A stretch of 64,000 bases of DNA from a virus. The stretch is from IMG/VR virus record IMGVR_UViG_3300040770_000181, positions 3,173 to 67,172 of that record; one strand, written 5' to 3'. Shown here one piece after another: positions 9,862-19,183 of this stretch; the stretch's first letter is position 1, and the number at the start of each line of letters is the position of its first letter. The notes below the pieces were generated by a model. It had not been told where the DNA came from and did not search any database. It saw nothing but the letters and a program-made list of their open reading frames with translations. Position numbers and translations under genes: made by a program.

Positions 9862-10907
9862 TGGACCAAACGTCAACAGAAGCAGAATATAGAGCATTAA
9901 AAATTGACAGTAGTTCAAGTTTAAAAGACTTTAGCATGGACCGTAAAAAATACAGAAAAAAGTATGTATACGGTGAACGTGTTGAAGAAAAAGAAAACTT
10001 AGCTGCAAACATGGGAAGAATAGTAGAAACATTACTATTAGAGCCTGAAGAATTTGATAATAGATTTTATCTATCGTCATGCACAGGTGCACCAACAGGA
10101 TTAATGCTTGAGTTTACTGAAGCATTATACAAAGTTACTAAAGCAGTGACAGATGAAGATGGAATGGTAAATGCAGATTTTAATGAGCTAACTCAAGAAG
10201 CTTATAAATTATCAGGATTTAAAATAAAATATGAAGCTGTAATGGGTAAATTTATTGACTCAGATGCTGAAGTGTATTACAATGAAATTAGAACAGTAAG
10301 ATCAAGAAATTTAACTGTTATAACATTGCAAGAAATTAGTAATGCTGAAAAAATTGTAGAAGAATTAAAAATAAATGATGTTACTGCTGGGATTGTTAAT
10401 TTAATAAACAGTGATAGATACACTATTCTTGATCAATATAAAATTCAAGGATATGTAGTAGATAATCATTTATTTAAATCTATGCTTGACAAAGTGGTAA
10501 TTGACCACAGAAACAAAACAGTAACTCCTTATGACCTTAAATGTGTTTGGAGTGTAGAAGGCTTTTACGAAGATTATTACTTGTACAGAAGAGCGTACAT
10601 ACAAGCTTTTCTTTATTTTCATGCTATGCTTGCATTAGCTCAAGATCCTAATGGACCTTGTTTTGAATATAAAGTGGAATATGTACAGTTTATTATTTGT
10701 GATTCTATTAATTATTTTAATCCTTTAATCTACACTCTTGAATTAGAGGACATGGAAGATGCTTATAATGGTTTTGTGCACAAAGGAAGAACTTATCCAG
10801 GAGTAAAATCTATTATTTCAGATTTACTATGGGCACAAAGTACTGATATATGGCATATAAGTAGAAAAAATTATGAAAACAAAGGTATAACTAATATTAA
10901 AGGATAA
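9861..10907 (+). CDS. PD-(D/E)XK exonuclease (ExoVIII/Cas4-like)
   Basis: FKSMLDKV...PYDLKC...YIQAFLY nuclease motifs. Start reassigned to ATG 9861 (TAATG overlap) rather than 9813. Confidence 0.7.
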   Translation: MDQTSTEAEYRALKIDSSSSLKDFSMDRKKYRKKYVYGERVEEKENLAANMGRIVETLLLEPEEFDNRFYLSSCTGAPTGLMLEFTEALYKVTKAVTDEDGMVNADFNELTQEAYKLSGFKIKYEAVMGKFIDSDAEVYYNEIRTVRSRNLTVITLQEISNAEKIVEELKINDVTAGIVNLINSDRYTILDQYKIQGYVVDNHLFKSMLDKVVIDHRNKTVTPYDLKCVWSVEGFYEDYYLYRRAYIQAFLYFHAMLALAQDPNGPCFEYKVEYVQFIICDSINYFNPLIYTLELEDMEDAYNGFVHKGRTYPGVKSIISDLLWAQSTDIWHISRKNYENKGITNIKG

Positions 10908-11479
10908 TGGGATTAAAAAAAACAATAACTAGTATTTTTATGGTGCCCACTTTAAAAATACCTAAAGGTGCATTAATTGACAATGGGTTTATAAATGGTT
11001 ATGTCGGTGATACATCAAGAGAATATCAACATCAAGAATCTATATATGTTTTGTTTAAACCAACTAATTTAGAAAAATTTAAAGAATTTCTAGAAGAAGA
11101 GTATGAACGAACAAAAGACATTATAGAAGAATATGATTATACTGATGGATATGTTGTAGTTGTTTATAAGTTAAATAAAAAATATAAAAAAGATTTTGAA
11201 AAAGTAGAAAAAGGAATGTATTCTCAAACCTCTCCTTCATTTCAAAAAGATTTTTCTAAAACAATCAGTGTAAGAAAAGGAGCAGTAACTACTGATTTAA
11301 TAAGTTTGCAATATAAAATCTTTAATAAAACTCAAGATCTTGTTGATTTTTGGGAAGATAAGCTAGGAACAACATTTAAAAAAGAATATGAGTTGTGGGA
11401 AGCGTTTGACAGAGATAAAGAATTGCTAGACATAACTAAAATAAAAGAAGAATTAACTTTAAAAAAAGAAAAAATATGA
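10907..11479 (+). CDS. Conserved hypothetical protein
   Basis: 190-aa ORF translationally coupled to both neighbours. Confidence 0.7.
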   Translation: MGLKKTITSIFMVPTLKIPKGALIDNGFINGYVGDTSREYQHQESIYVLFKPTNLEKFKEFLEEEYERTKDIIEEYDYTDGYVVVVYKLNKKYKKDFEKVEKGMYSQTSPSFQKDFSKTISVRKGAVTTDLISLQYKIFNKTQDLVDFWEDKLGTTFKKEYELWEAFDRDKELLDITKIKEELTLKKEKI

Positions 11480-11868
11480 GTGGAATAGAATTAATGGATA
11501 AACATCCTTTGAGTACAACTAAACTAAAAAAATGGTTAATAGCTAAAGTTATGGATTCAATTTTAGAAAATAATGAAATGCCAGAACAGTTTAAAGAATT
11601 TGTTTTGTCTTCTTTTGAAACTAACGAACAATTAGGAGACATTTATGAAGATAATGCTGCATCATTGTTTGAATTTTTTGATTCTTACAGCATTTTTATT
11701 CAGATTGTAAAAGGAGTGGGAACAGATTGGTTTGCTGTTTTACAAGGAGAAACATCTGATGTTTGTGGAAGCAGAAAAAAAGCAAACCGAGTTGCTTTAG
11801 AAACTGCATTCCCAATATTAGAAAAATTGTTAACTCCTAGCCCTATACAATCTTTAGATTCTAACTAA
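11476..11868 (+). CDS. Hypothetical protein
   Basis: 130-aa ORF with ATGA overlap. Confidence 0.65.
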   Translation: MSGIELMDKHPLSTTKLKKWLIAKVMDSILENNEMPEQFKEFVLSSFETNEQLGDIYEDNAASLFEFFDSYSIFIQIVKGVGTDWFAVLQGETSDVCGSRKKANRVALETAFPILEKLLTPSPIQSLDSN

Positions 11869-11894
11869 AAGAATTATACAATAATTAATGGTAT

Positions 11895-11922
11895 GGGGCA
11901 AATTTAATGATATCTTTGCCCC
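11895..11922 (+). promoter_or_regulatory. Bacteroidota-type promoter (-7 TATCTTTG at 11911-11918) within GGGGCAAA/TTTGCCCC inverted repeat
   Basis: TAnnTTTG in the intergenic gap upstream of RNR; perfect 8-bp arms. Confidence 0.65.
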
Positions 11923-11950
11923 CCTAAAAATAATTTAAACAACTATATAT

Positions 11951-13825
11951 ATGAACACTGGATTACAAATTTTAAGTGATTTAACAATATTTAGCAAATA
12001 TGCTAAATATCTACCTGAACAGAACAGAAGAGAAGATTGGAATGAGATTGTTTCTCGTTATGAATTGATGATGATTACAAAATATCCTAAATTAGAAGAG
12101 GCTATTAAAGAAAGCAGTCAGTTTATTAGAGATAAAAAAGTTTTACCTTCTATGAGAGCGTTACAGTTTGCTGGACCAGCTGCTGAAGTTAATAATGCTA
12201 GGATATACAATTGTTGTTTTCTTCCTATGGATAACATTGCAAGTTTTAGTGAAACTATGTTTTTACTATTAGGAGGTACAGGTGTTGGATATTCAGTGCA
12301 AAGACATCACGTAGCTGAGTTACCTGCAATAACAAAACCAGGAAAGAAAAGAACTTATCTTGTAGAAGATTCCATTATGGGTTGGGCAGATGCTGTTAAA
12401 GTTTTAATGAGAGCTTATCTAGAAGGTAAGTTTACACCAAACTTTGATTTTAGAGCTGTTAGACACAAAGGAGCACGGTTAGTTACTGCTGGAGGAAAAG
12501 CACCAGGTCCAGAACCATTAAAGATTTGTTTAGTTCACATCCAAGCAATTCTTGACAGAAAAGCAGTGGGAGAACAACTAAGCCCATTAGATTGCCATGA
12601 CATACTTTGTCATATAGCTAACTCAGTTTTATCAGGAGGAATTAGAAGAAGCGCAATGATTTCTTTATTTAGTTTTGATGATGAACAAATGGTTACATGT
12701 AAATATGGAGCATGGTGGGAATTAAACGAACAAAGAGGTCGTGCAAACAATTCTGCTGTATTAGAAAGAGATAAAATAACTGAAGCAGATTTTAAAAATC
12801 TTTGGTTAAGAATTGAAAATTCAGGATCAGGAGAACCAGGAACTTATTGGACTAATAACATAGATTGGGGAACTAACCCTTGTTGTGAAATTGGTTTAAG
12901 ACCTTATCAGTTTTGTAATCTTTGCGAAGTGAATGTTGATAACATTGAAAGTCAAACAGATTTAAATGATAGAGTGGGTGTTGCAGCCTTTTTCGGCACA
13001 TTACAAGCAGGATTTTCAAACTTTCATTATCTACGTCCAATATGGACACAAACAACGCAGAAAGACGCTTTATTGGGAATTGGAATGACAGGAATTGGTT
13101 CTGGTAAAATTCTAGAATTTGATTTAAAGATTGCAGCAAATACAGCAAAGGTGGTTAATAGTCTTATTTCAGAAAAAATTGGAGTTAATGAAGCTGCTAG
13201 AGTTACTTGTATTAAACCTGCAGGAACAACTTCTTTAGCTTTAGGTGTAGCATCAGGTATTCATGCTTGGCATGCTCCTTTCTATTTAAGAACAATGAGA
13301 TTTAACAAGAATGAAGCTGTTGCAATGTATTTAATGATTAATCATCCTGAACTATGTGAAGATGATTTATTACGTCCTACAGATACAATTTGTGTACGTA
13401 TTCCAGTTAAAGCACCAGAAGGATCTATAATGAGAACAGAATCTGCTATTGATACACTAGAAAGAGTAAAAAGATTTTCTCTTGACTGGGTTAGAGAAGG
13501 ACACATTAGTGGAGATAACACTCATAACGTTAGTGCTACAATTTCTATTGATAAAAAAAGAATGTACGATGACAAAAATGAATGGCAAGCATCTGTTGAA
13601 TGGATGTGGGAAAACAGAGAAGTTTATAATGGACTATCAGTTTTAGATTATGATGGAGGAACTTATGTACAAGCACCTTTTGAAGATATTACAGAAGAAG
13701 AATACAACAAATTAAGTGTTAACTTAAAAACTGTAAACTTTAGTGGTGTTGTTGAAATGGATGACAATGTAGAATTTGGACAAACTGCAGCTTGTGCAGG
13801 TGGAGCATGTGAAATAGAAATATAA
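11951..13825 (+). CDS. nrdJ: Class II (adenosylcobalamin-dependent) ribonucleotide reductase
   Basis: PSMR, YNCCF, catalytic TNPCCEI, KPAGT and C-terminal ACAGGAC redox pair; no ATP cone; no NrdB in the window. Confidence 0.9.
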   Translation: MNTGLQILSDLTIFSKYAKYLPEQNRREDWNEIVSRYELMMITKYPKLEEAIKESSQFIRDKKVLPSMRALQFAGPAAEVNNARIYNCCFLPMDNIASFSETMFLLLGGTGVGYSVQRHHVAELPAITKPGKKRTYLVEDSIMGWADAVKVLMRAYLEGKFTPNFDFRAVRHKGARLVTAGGKAPGPEPLKICLVHIQAILDRKAVGEQLSPLDCHDILCHIANSVLSGGIRRSAMISLFSFDDEQMVTCKYGAWWELNEQRGRANNSAVLERDKITEADFKNLWLRIENSGSGEPGTYWTNNIDWGTNPCCEIGLRPYQFCNLCEVNVDNIESQTDLNDRVGVAAFFGTLQAGFSNFHYLRPIWTQTTQKDALLGIGMTGIGSGKILEFDLKIAANTAKVVNSLISEKIGVNEAARVTCIKPAGTTSLALGVASGIHAWHAPFYLRTMRFNKNEAVAMYLMINHPELCEDDLLRPTDTICVRIPVKAPEGSIMRTESAIDTLERVKRFSLDWVREGHISGDNTHNVSATISIDKKRMYDDKNEWQASVEWMWENREVYNGLSVLDYDGGTYVQAPFEDITEEEYNKLSVNLKTVNFSGVVEMDDNVEFGQTAACAGGACEIEI

Positions 13826-13832
13826 ATTAAAA

Positions 13833-14045
13833 ATGGAAAAAAGATCAGAACAAGAAAACAATGAATTAGTTGAAAAATTAAATTTTATTGGAATTACCAA
13901 AGGTACATCTCATAGTGCCTACTTAAATTCTTGTACAGAATACAATACTACTAGTACAAGAGAAACAATAGATCTTGAGTATAACGCAGCATTACAAGAC
14001 ATGATTTTAATGGCAGAACAAGCTAATTTAATAAACAAACAATAA
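13833..14045 (+). CDS. Hypothetical protein
   Basis: 70-aa ORF between nrdJ and recA. Confidence 0.55.
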   Translation: MEKRSEQENNELVEKLNFIGITKGTSHSAYLNSCTEYNTTSTRETIDLEYNAALQDMILMAEQANLINKQ

Positions 14046-14047
14046 AC

Positions 14048-15115
14048 ATGGCAAAAGCAGTAAAAAAGAAAGAGGAGCCTACGGGTAAAAGCAAATTACA
14101 AGATGCAATGGATAAGTTAAACAAAACTTATGGTACTGGATCTGTTCTCGCACTAGATTCGCAAACAACAGGAGATTATGATGTTATCAGTACAGGGAGT
14201 ATTGGTTTTGATTATGTAACTCTTGGTGTAGGTGGATTTGTTAAAGGAAAAATGTATGAACTTATGGGCTGGGAGGGAACTGGTAAATCTACTATATGTG
14301 GACATGCCACTGCAGAATGTCAAAAAGCAGGTGGAACTGTTCTTTATATTGATGGAGAGAATGCTGTTGATAAAAAATATTTTCAAGAATTAGGAGTGGA
14401 TACTAAGAAAATGTTGCTTTCTCAACCATCTTGTGGTGAGGAAGGATTTAACATAGCTATGACCATGATTGAATCTGGAGAAATTGATCTTGTTATTATT
14501 GATTCAGATTCTTCTTTAATTCCTAAAAAGCAACTTGATGGGGATGTAGGTGATTCTACAATAGGTCACAAATCACGATTAAACAGTAATGCATATCCAA
14601 AATTAAAAGGAGCATTATCAAAACATAATGTTTGTGTGATTGTTATTTCTCAATACAGAGAAAAAATTGGTGTTATGTTTGGTAATCCTACTACTACTCA
14701 AGGTGGACATGCTTTAAAATTCTACGCTGATTGTAGAATAGAAGTTACTAAATCACAAGCTAAAGATGGAGATGTTGTTTATGGTAACATTACTAAAGTA
14801 AAATCTATCAAAAATAAAATGACTCCTCCTTATAGATTAGCTCAATTTGAAATTGTTTATGGTGTAGGGATTGATAAAGTTGATGAGATGATGACCCTCT
14901 TAAATGATTATGAATTAGGAAGGAAATATGGTCAAACTATGACAGTTGATGAAGTGAAATATAATCTTGAAGAATTTAAAGACCTAGTTAGAGATAATCC
15001 TGAGTTTTATGATGAACTAAAAGAAAAAATCATTGCTAAAATTAAACACGTAGAATCAGAAGAAGTTTTTGAAGAAATAGAAACTTTAGATAACCAACAA
15101 AATTTAGACTTATGA
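14048..15115 (+). CDS. recA: RecA recombinase
   Basis: STGSIGFD, Walker A GWEGTGKST, VIIDS, QYREKIGVMFGNP, GGHALKFY. Confidence 0.95.
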   Translation: MAKAVKKKEEPTGKSKLQDAMDKLNKTYGTGSVLALDSQTTGDYDVISTGSIGFDYVTLGVGGFVKGKMYELMGWEGTGKSTICGHATAECQKAGGTVLYIDGENAVDKKYFQELGVDTKKMLLSQPSCGEEGFNIAMTMIESGEIDLVIIDSDSSLIPKKQLDGDVGDSTIGHKSRLNSNAYPKLKGALSKHNVCVIVISQYREKIGVMFGNPTTTQGGHALKFYADCRIEVTKSQAKDGDVVYGNITKVKSIKNKMTPPYRLAQFEIVYGVGIDKVDEMMTLLNDYELGRKYGQTMTVDEVKYNLEEFKDLVRDNPEFYDELKEKIIAKIKHVESEEVFEEIETLDNQQNLDL

Positions 15116-15438
15116 ATGGAAAAGAATTTGATATTGTAGTAGAAGAAAGATTAAAAAAAACAGTGGCAACTCTTCTTGTAAAAGCCAAAGAATATAGAAG
15201 GAATGATGATGCAATGCATAATTTTGATAAAGCTGCTCAACTAGGTAACACTACAAGAGAAAAAGCTTTGTGGGGCTTTGCATTAAAGCATTATGTTTCT
15301 TTTATGGACATTCTTGATGATATGGATAAAGGCCATTTGCCTACTGAAAGTCACATTGATGAAAAAATTGGAGATTTGATTAATTATTTGATCTTGTGTG
15401 AAGCAAGTATTAAAGACAAAATCCGATCTGTTGAGTAA
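15112..15438 (+). CDS. All-alpha NTP-pyrophosphatase-like / nucleotide-modification-associated (DUF1599/Nmad1-like) protein
   Basis: KAKEY...NF...K...DEKIGDLINY pattern of that family. Confidence 0.5.
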   Translation: MNGKEFDIVVEERLKKTVATLLVKAKEYRRNDDAMHNFDKAAQLGNTTREKALWGFALKHYVSFMDILDDMDKGHLPTESHIDEKIGDLINYLILCEASIKDKIRSVE

Positions 15439-15826
15439 ATGTAAAACTTGTGGAAAAAATGCTGAAAGTGATTATTGCTTTCAGCATAAACCACGTAAAC
15501 CCATGAAAACTAGTATGATGAAAAAGTCTTTTACCACTACAAAAGTAGTTGACAATGCATACATTCAACAAGTTGCAATGTTTAGAGAAATATGGAGACA
15601 AAAACAACATTACTCAGAAATTAGTGGAGAGTATTTAGGATCAGAAGCATTAAGTATTTATTTTCATCACATCTTAGCTAAAGAAAAATATCCTGAAGCT
15701 TGTCTGGACCCTGAAAATATAGTACTTTTGTCTTTGGATGAACATACAAATGTAGAAAGTAACATGTATAGATATGAAGAAATTAATAAAAGGAGAGAAA
15801 CTCTTAAAACTAAATACAATATTTAA
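15398..15826 (+). CDS. NinG/HNH-like nuclease (start possibly TTG 15431)
   Basis: N-terminal CxxC...C; FHHILAK...NIVLL...HT HNH-like core. Confidence 0.6.
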   Translation: MKQVLKTKSDLLSKCKTCGKNAESDYCFQHKPRKPMKTSMMKKSFTTTKVVDNAYIQQVAMFREIWRQKQHYSEISGEYLGSEALSIYFHHILAKEKYPEACLDPENIVLLSLDEHTNVESNMYRYEEINKRRETLKTKYNI

Positions 15827-15956
15827 GATTACAAAATTTGATTTTTTGTTTGCTGCTTTAAACAAAGTTATAAATCAAAGAATTAAAGAAATTAAAAAAG
15901 ATGTAATTAAAACAAAATCATCCACTCATTCTAGTAAATACAATAAATTTAAATAG
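15774..15956 (+). CDS. Possible small basic hypothetical protein
   Basis: 60-aa ORF ending 2 nt before phoH, but overlaps the upstream gene by 53 nt; start uncertain. Confidence 0.3.
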   Translation: MKKLIKGEKLLKLNTIFKITKFDFLFAALNKVINQRIKEIKKDVIKTKSSTHSSKYNKFK

Positions 15957-15958
15957 TT

Positions 15959-16606
15959 ATGAAAGAAACCAACAGAGAAAGAAAGGGAGAAATTAAATAC
16001 AATGTCACCCTTAATGAAGAACAAAAAGAAGCTACAGGACTTATTCATAATAATCAAATTGTGATTGTTACAGGTAGAGCAGGTTCTGGAAAGTCTTTGG
16101 TATGTGCACGAGCTGCATTAAATTTTCTTATGAAAAAAGAATGTGAACAAATCTATGTAACAAGAGCTGCTATAGAAGTTGGTAATTCCTTAGGATACTT
16201 ACCTGGAGGTTTAGATGATAAATTTAACCCTTATTTGGAAGCTTTTAATGAAAATTTGTATAAATGCTATGATAAAGTGAAGATTGATGATTTTATTAAA
16301 AACAAAAAAATTATAGCATACCCTATACAGTATATTAGAGGAAAAACTGTAGATGATATTTTAGTTGTAGAAGAAGCACAAAATCTTACTAAACCAGAAA
16401 TGTTAGCCATTTTAACTAGACTTGGTAAAACAGGTAAAATTATTATAAATGGAGATCTTGAACAACAAGATACAAGAGATTCTATGACTGGTCTTGCTTA
16501 TGCAATTGAGTTATCAAAAAACATAGAAGGCATTGAATGGATTAAATTAAAAGAAAATCACAGATCTGACCTTGTTGGACAGATTTTAACTTATGAATAT
16601 AAATAA
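15959..16606 (+). CDS. phoH: PhoH-family ATPase
   Basis: GRAGSGKS, YIRGKT, VEEAQN, LTRLG, GDLEQQD, HRS motifs. Confidence 0.92.
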   Translation: MKETNRERKGEIKYNVTLNEEQKEATGLIHNNQIVIVTGRAGSGKSLVCARAALNFLMKKECEQIYVTRAAIEVGNSLGYLPGGLDDKFNPYLEAFNENLYKCYDKVKIDDFIKNKKIIAYPIQYIRGKTVDDILVVEEAQNLTKPEMLAILTRLGKTGKIIINGDLEQQDTRDSMTGLAYAIELSKNIEGIEWIKLKENHRSDLVGQILTYEYK

Positions 16607-16616
16607 ATAAATAAAT

Positions 16617-16916
16617 ATGAAAAACCAATTTAGTTACACAATTACTCACAATACAGGGACAGAAGCAGCCCCTGTTATTATTAGCACGAAAGCTTCTTTT
16701 AATATTGAAAAAGTTATTAGAAGTATGGAAGTTTCAGATGGTTCACTTGTAGTGATTCTTGATGATTTTCATGAAGAAATGGTTATGGGGCCTGACACTG
16801 TTAACACAAGTACAAACAGACTTGTCAAAGGCAAAAGAGAAATGAGTGTTGTACAATCAGAAATTCAATTACACGGAGAAGACAAAGAAAGATTTTTTAA
16901 CTTATTAACAGTATAA
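16617..16916 (+). CDS. Hypothetical protein
   Basis: 99-aa ORF in operon. Confidence 0.65.
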   Translation: MKNQFSYTITHNTGTEAAPVIISTKASFNIEKVIRSMEVSDGSLVVILDDFHEEMVMGPDTVNTSTNRLVKGKREMSVVQSEIQLHGEDKERFFNLLTV

Positions 16917-16918
16917 TT

Positions 16919-17176
16919 ATGGAAATCAATGAAAACTTAAAAGAAGCTACATTAACTTTTGGAGAAAAATTAGTAGGATTATCATTTAATCCTTCAGGAG
17001 ATGAAAAAGTAAATAAAGTTAAACAATTATGTGCTGAATTAATGGATGTATTATATAATGATATTCCAGAAGATGGCGACCGAACTTATTTGCAAGACAC
17101 ACTTTTTAATAAAAGTGTAGGAGACATTTTAAATGCTCAAATGACTGCAGTAAAATTATTAACATTAAAATATTAA
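16919..17176 (+). CDS. Small helical-hairpin protein, possible Acb2/Tad1-like anti-defence sponge
   Basis: FNPS..V.K.K..CAEL / AQMTAVK two-helix pattern; family assignment is tentative. Confidence 0.4.
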   Translation: MEINENLKEATLTFGEKLVGLSFNPSGDEKVNKVKQLCAELMDVLYNDIPEDGDRTYLQDTLFNKSVGDILNAQMTAVKLLTLKY

Positions 17177-17178
17177 AA

Positions 17179-17472
17179 ATGGCATTAGAATTTAAAAAAT
17201 TAAGAGGACATAGAGTTTATGTTTCTCTTCCTAAACAAGATGAAAGCAAACTTATTGTAGATGAAAATACTAAAGAAGCTTTAAATAAAGAACTATTGGC
17301 TAAAATGTCAAAGTTAGTAGTTTATGCTGTTGGAGATCTTGTCACTGATATTGTGGAAGGAGATTCTATTTTAGTTGATCCAAGTAAGCTATCAGGAGGA
17401 TTGTTAGTTCCTCTAACTTCAGATAAAAATGTGTTGTTAATTTCATCTTTTGACGTAATTCACGTCTGGTAA
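17179..17472 (+). CDS. GroES-like co-chaperonin
   Basis: KLRGHRVYV...LIVD...VYAVGDLV.DIVEGDSILV Cpn10 pattern. Confidence 0.7.
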   Translation: MALEFKKLRGHRVYVSLPKQDESKLIVDENTKEALNKELLAKMSKLVVYAVGDLVTDIVEGDSILVDPSKLSGGLLVPLTSDKNVLLISSFDVIHVW

Positions 17473-17473
17473 G

Positions 17474-18229
17474 ATGGAATATAAATTCATAAGTTGCAAA
17501 TGCGTTACCTATGGAAGAGTTGATCTACTTGAGGAAGCTATACAAAGCTTTCTCAAGCAAGATTACCCTGCTGATAGATGTGAATTAATCATAGTGAATG
17601 ATTATCCTTTACAAACGCTTGTTTATAACCATCCAAACATCACAATTATAAACATGCCTAAAACTTTTACCACTATTGGTGATAAAGAACAATATGCTAC
17701 ATATATGTGTGCTGGAGACATTATCTGCCAATGGGATGATGATGATATTGCATTACCAAATCATTTAAGTAACGTCAATAAATATTTTACAGATGAAACT
17801 AATATCCTTCATTGGAAAAATGGTATATTTTATAATGAACCTCATATTACTGCTATTACTTTTGTTGGTAATTCTGGCATTGTTTTCAGAAAATCAGCAT
17901 GGGAAGCTATAGGAGGACATCCTCTTGAAAATGCTGGTTATGATATGACTTTTATTGAATCTTTAAATGCATATGGAGGAAGAACTTTTGCTGAACCTCC
18001 TAAACCAGAAGCTAGTTGGATATATAGATGGCATATGAGCTCTGCTGATTTGTATCATCAATCAGGTATGGGAACTGATGTTCCTGGTAGACCAAATATT
18101 TTAGAAAGGCATTCGCAACATATAGAGATTCTTAGATTAAAAGGAAGAATACCCACAGGAGAAATTAAATTAAAACCTTATTGGCGCCAAGATTATGTTC
18201 AACTGTTAAAAGAATTTATTGATAAATAA
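17474..18229 (+). CDS. Glycosyltransferase family 2
   Basis: ISCKCVTYGR..LLEEAIQSFLKQDY...ELIIVND and WDDDD GT-A motifs. Confidence 0.85.
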   Translation: MEYKFISCKCVTYGRVDLLEEAIQSFLKQDYPADRCELIIVNDYPLQTLVYNHPNITIINMPKTFTTIGDKEQYATYMCAGDIICQWDDDDIALPNHLSNVNKYFTDETNILHWKNGIFYNEPHITAITFVGNSGIVFRKSAWEAIGGHPLENAGYDMTFIESLNAYGGRTFAEPPKPEASWIYRWHMSSADLYHQSGMGTDVPGRPNILERHSQHIEILRLKGRIPTGEIKLKPYWRQDYVQLLKEFIDK

Positions 18230-18230
18230 C

Positions 18231-18260
18231 AAAAAACCCTCTATCACTAGAGGGTTTTTT
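18231..18260. terminator. Bidirectional Rho-independent terminator at the strand-switch point
   Basis: AAAAAACCCTCT-ATCACT-AGAGGGTTTTTT perfect hairpin between convergent gene blocks. Confidence 0.9.
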
Positions 18261-18262
18261 TA

Positions 18263-18370
18263 TTACTTGGTTGGTGGTTTCCTACTAGGAGAACTTTCTT
18301 TCATGACCATTGGTTTCTTTTTACTAGGAATAGAAACTTTAGGTGCTTTTTTAGGACTTCCTGATTTCAT
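18263..18370 (-). CDS. 35-aa Lys/Pro/Ser-rich basic peptide (MKSGSPKKAPKVSIPSKKKPMVMKESSPSRKPPTK)
   Basis: Manually translated; exactly fills the gap between the 18380 stop and the terminator. Confidence 0.6.
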   Translation of the reverse strand: MKSGSPKKAPKVSIPSKKKPMVMKESSPSRKPPTK

Positions 18371-18379
18371 AATAGTTTT

Positions 18380-18637
18380 TTATGGTTGGTTAGATAATGT
18401 TGCTACACCTTTTTCAACAGCGTTACCCATTAATTTTTCAATTATTTTATTAGCATCATTAGCCATTAAAATAACTGTAGCTTGTTCAGTATTTAAAACT
18501 GCTCTAAGAGTGTTTAAAAGATGTCCAAATTCAGCACCATTTAATTCAAATTTATCTTCTGCAGTCCAGGTATATTTCTTAGCTGGATCATATTTTTCAA
18601 TTGATACTTCTACTGCGTCTTCTATTTCTTCTTTCAT
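18380..18637 (-). CDS. Hypothetical protein
   Basis: 85-aa ORF with a promoter-like element upstream. Confidence 0.7.
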   Translation of the reverse strand: MKEEIEDAVEVSIEKYDPAKKYTWTAEDKFELNGAEFGHLLNTLRAVLNTEQATVILMANDANKIIEKLMGNAVEKGVATLSNQP

Positions 18638-18654
18638 AATTTTGGTTTTAAGAT

Positions 18655-18690
18655 TTGTGTAAAAGTAATAAAAAATATTAAGTTACACAA
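18655..18690 (-). promoter_or_regulatory. Promoter-like element TTG-N20-TACTTTTA within TTGTGTAA/TTACACAA inverted repeat
   Basis: One mismatch from TAnnTTTG; same 20-nt spacing as the 22169 and 56739 promoters. Confidence 0.45.
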
Positions 18691-18694
18691 GGTT

Positions 18695-18988
18695 TTATCT
18701 TTTATAATCCAAAACAATGTCAAAAACTATTGTAGCTGAGGTAGTTATAGATTTACTCATATCTAATTTAATTTTCATTAAATTACAAAACTTTAAAATT
18801 TCTTCTATAAGCATATTGTTATATTTAGGAAGACTTGAAGCTATCCTAAATCTATAACAATTAATACTTTTTGAAATTTCAAGACAACATAACTCATCAA
18901 CAGAAGATATTACACCTTCTAAGTGAGCAAGAAACACTTCATCGTTATCTTGCATCACTTTAGGAAAATGTTTTCTATTTATCTCCAT
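18695..18988 (-). CDS. Hypothetical protein
   Basis: 97-aa ORF coupled to the 18990 gene. Confidence 0.65.
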   Translation of the reverse strand: MEINRKHFPKVMQDNDEVFLAHLEGVISSVDELCCLEISKSINCYRFRIASSLPKYNNMLIEEILKFCNLMKIKLDMSKSITTSATIVFDIVLDYKR

Positions 18989-18989
18989 A

Positions 18990-19172
18990 TTATATTGGAG
19001 CTATTGTTGTAGTCGTTGTTGTTGTAGTTGGTCCACAACATTCGTATGATACAATTTCTTGCCATTTTCCCACTTTTGGTTTATTTTTACGAAGAATTAA
19101 ACTTCCTGCTACAACTCTTCCGCTTCCATCGATGCGAACAAAGGCCTTTAGGTCTCTCTTACTTGTACTCAT
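18990..19172 (-). CDS. 60-aa protein with C-terminal poly-Thr tail (CCGPTTTTTTTTIAPI)
   Basis: ORF track; Thr run uses mixed ACT/ACA/ACG codons. Confidence 0.75.
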   Translation of the reverse strand: MSTSKRDLKAFVRIDGSGRVVAGSLILRKNKPKVGKWQEIVSYECCGPTTTTTTTTIAPI

Positions 19173-19183
19173 AATAATTGTAT

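Noticed and set aside
11951-15115. Introns or inteins in RNR and RecA
   Set aside because: Both ORFs have ordinary lengths and contiguous motifs; no intein C-terminal HN motif or homing-endonuclease insertion was seen.
18219-18662. 147-aa + strand ORF
   Set aside because: It runs through the bidirectional terminator and lies antisense to two plausible minus-strand genes.
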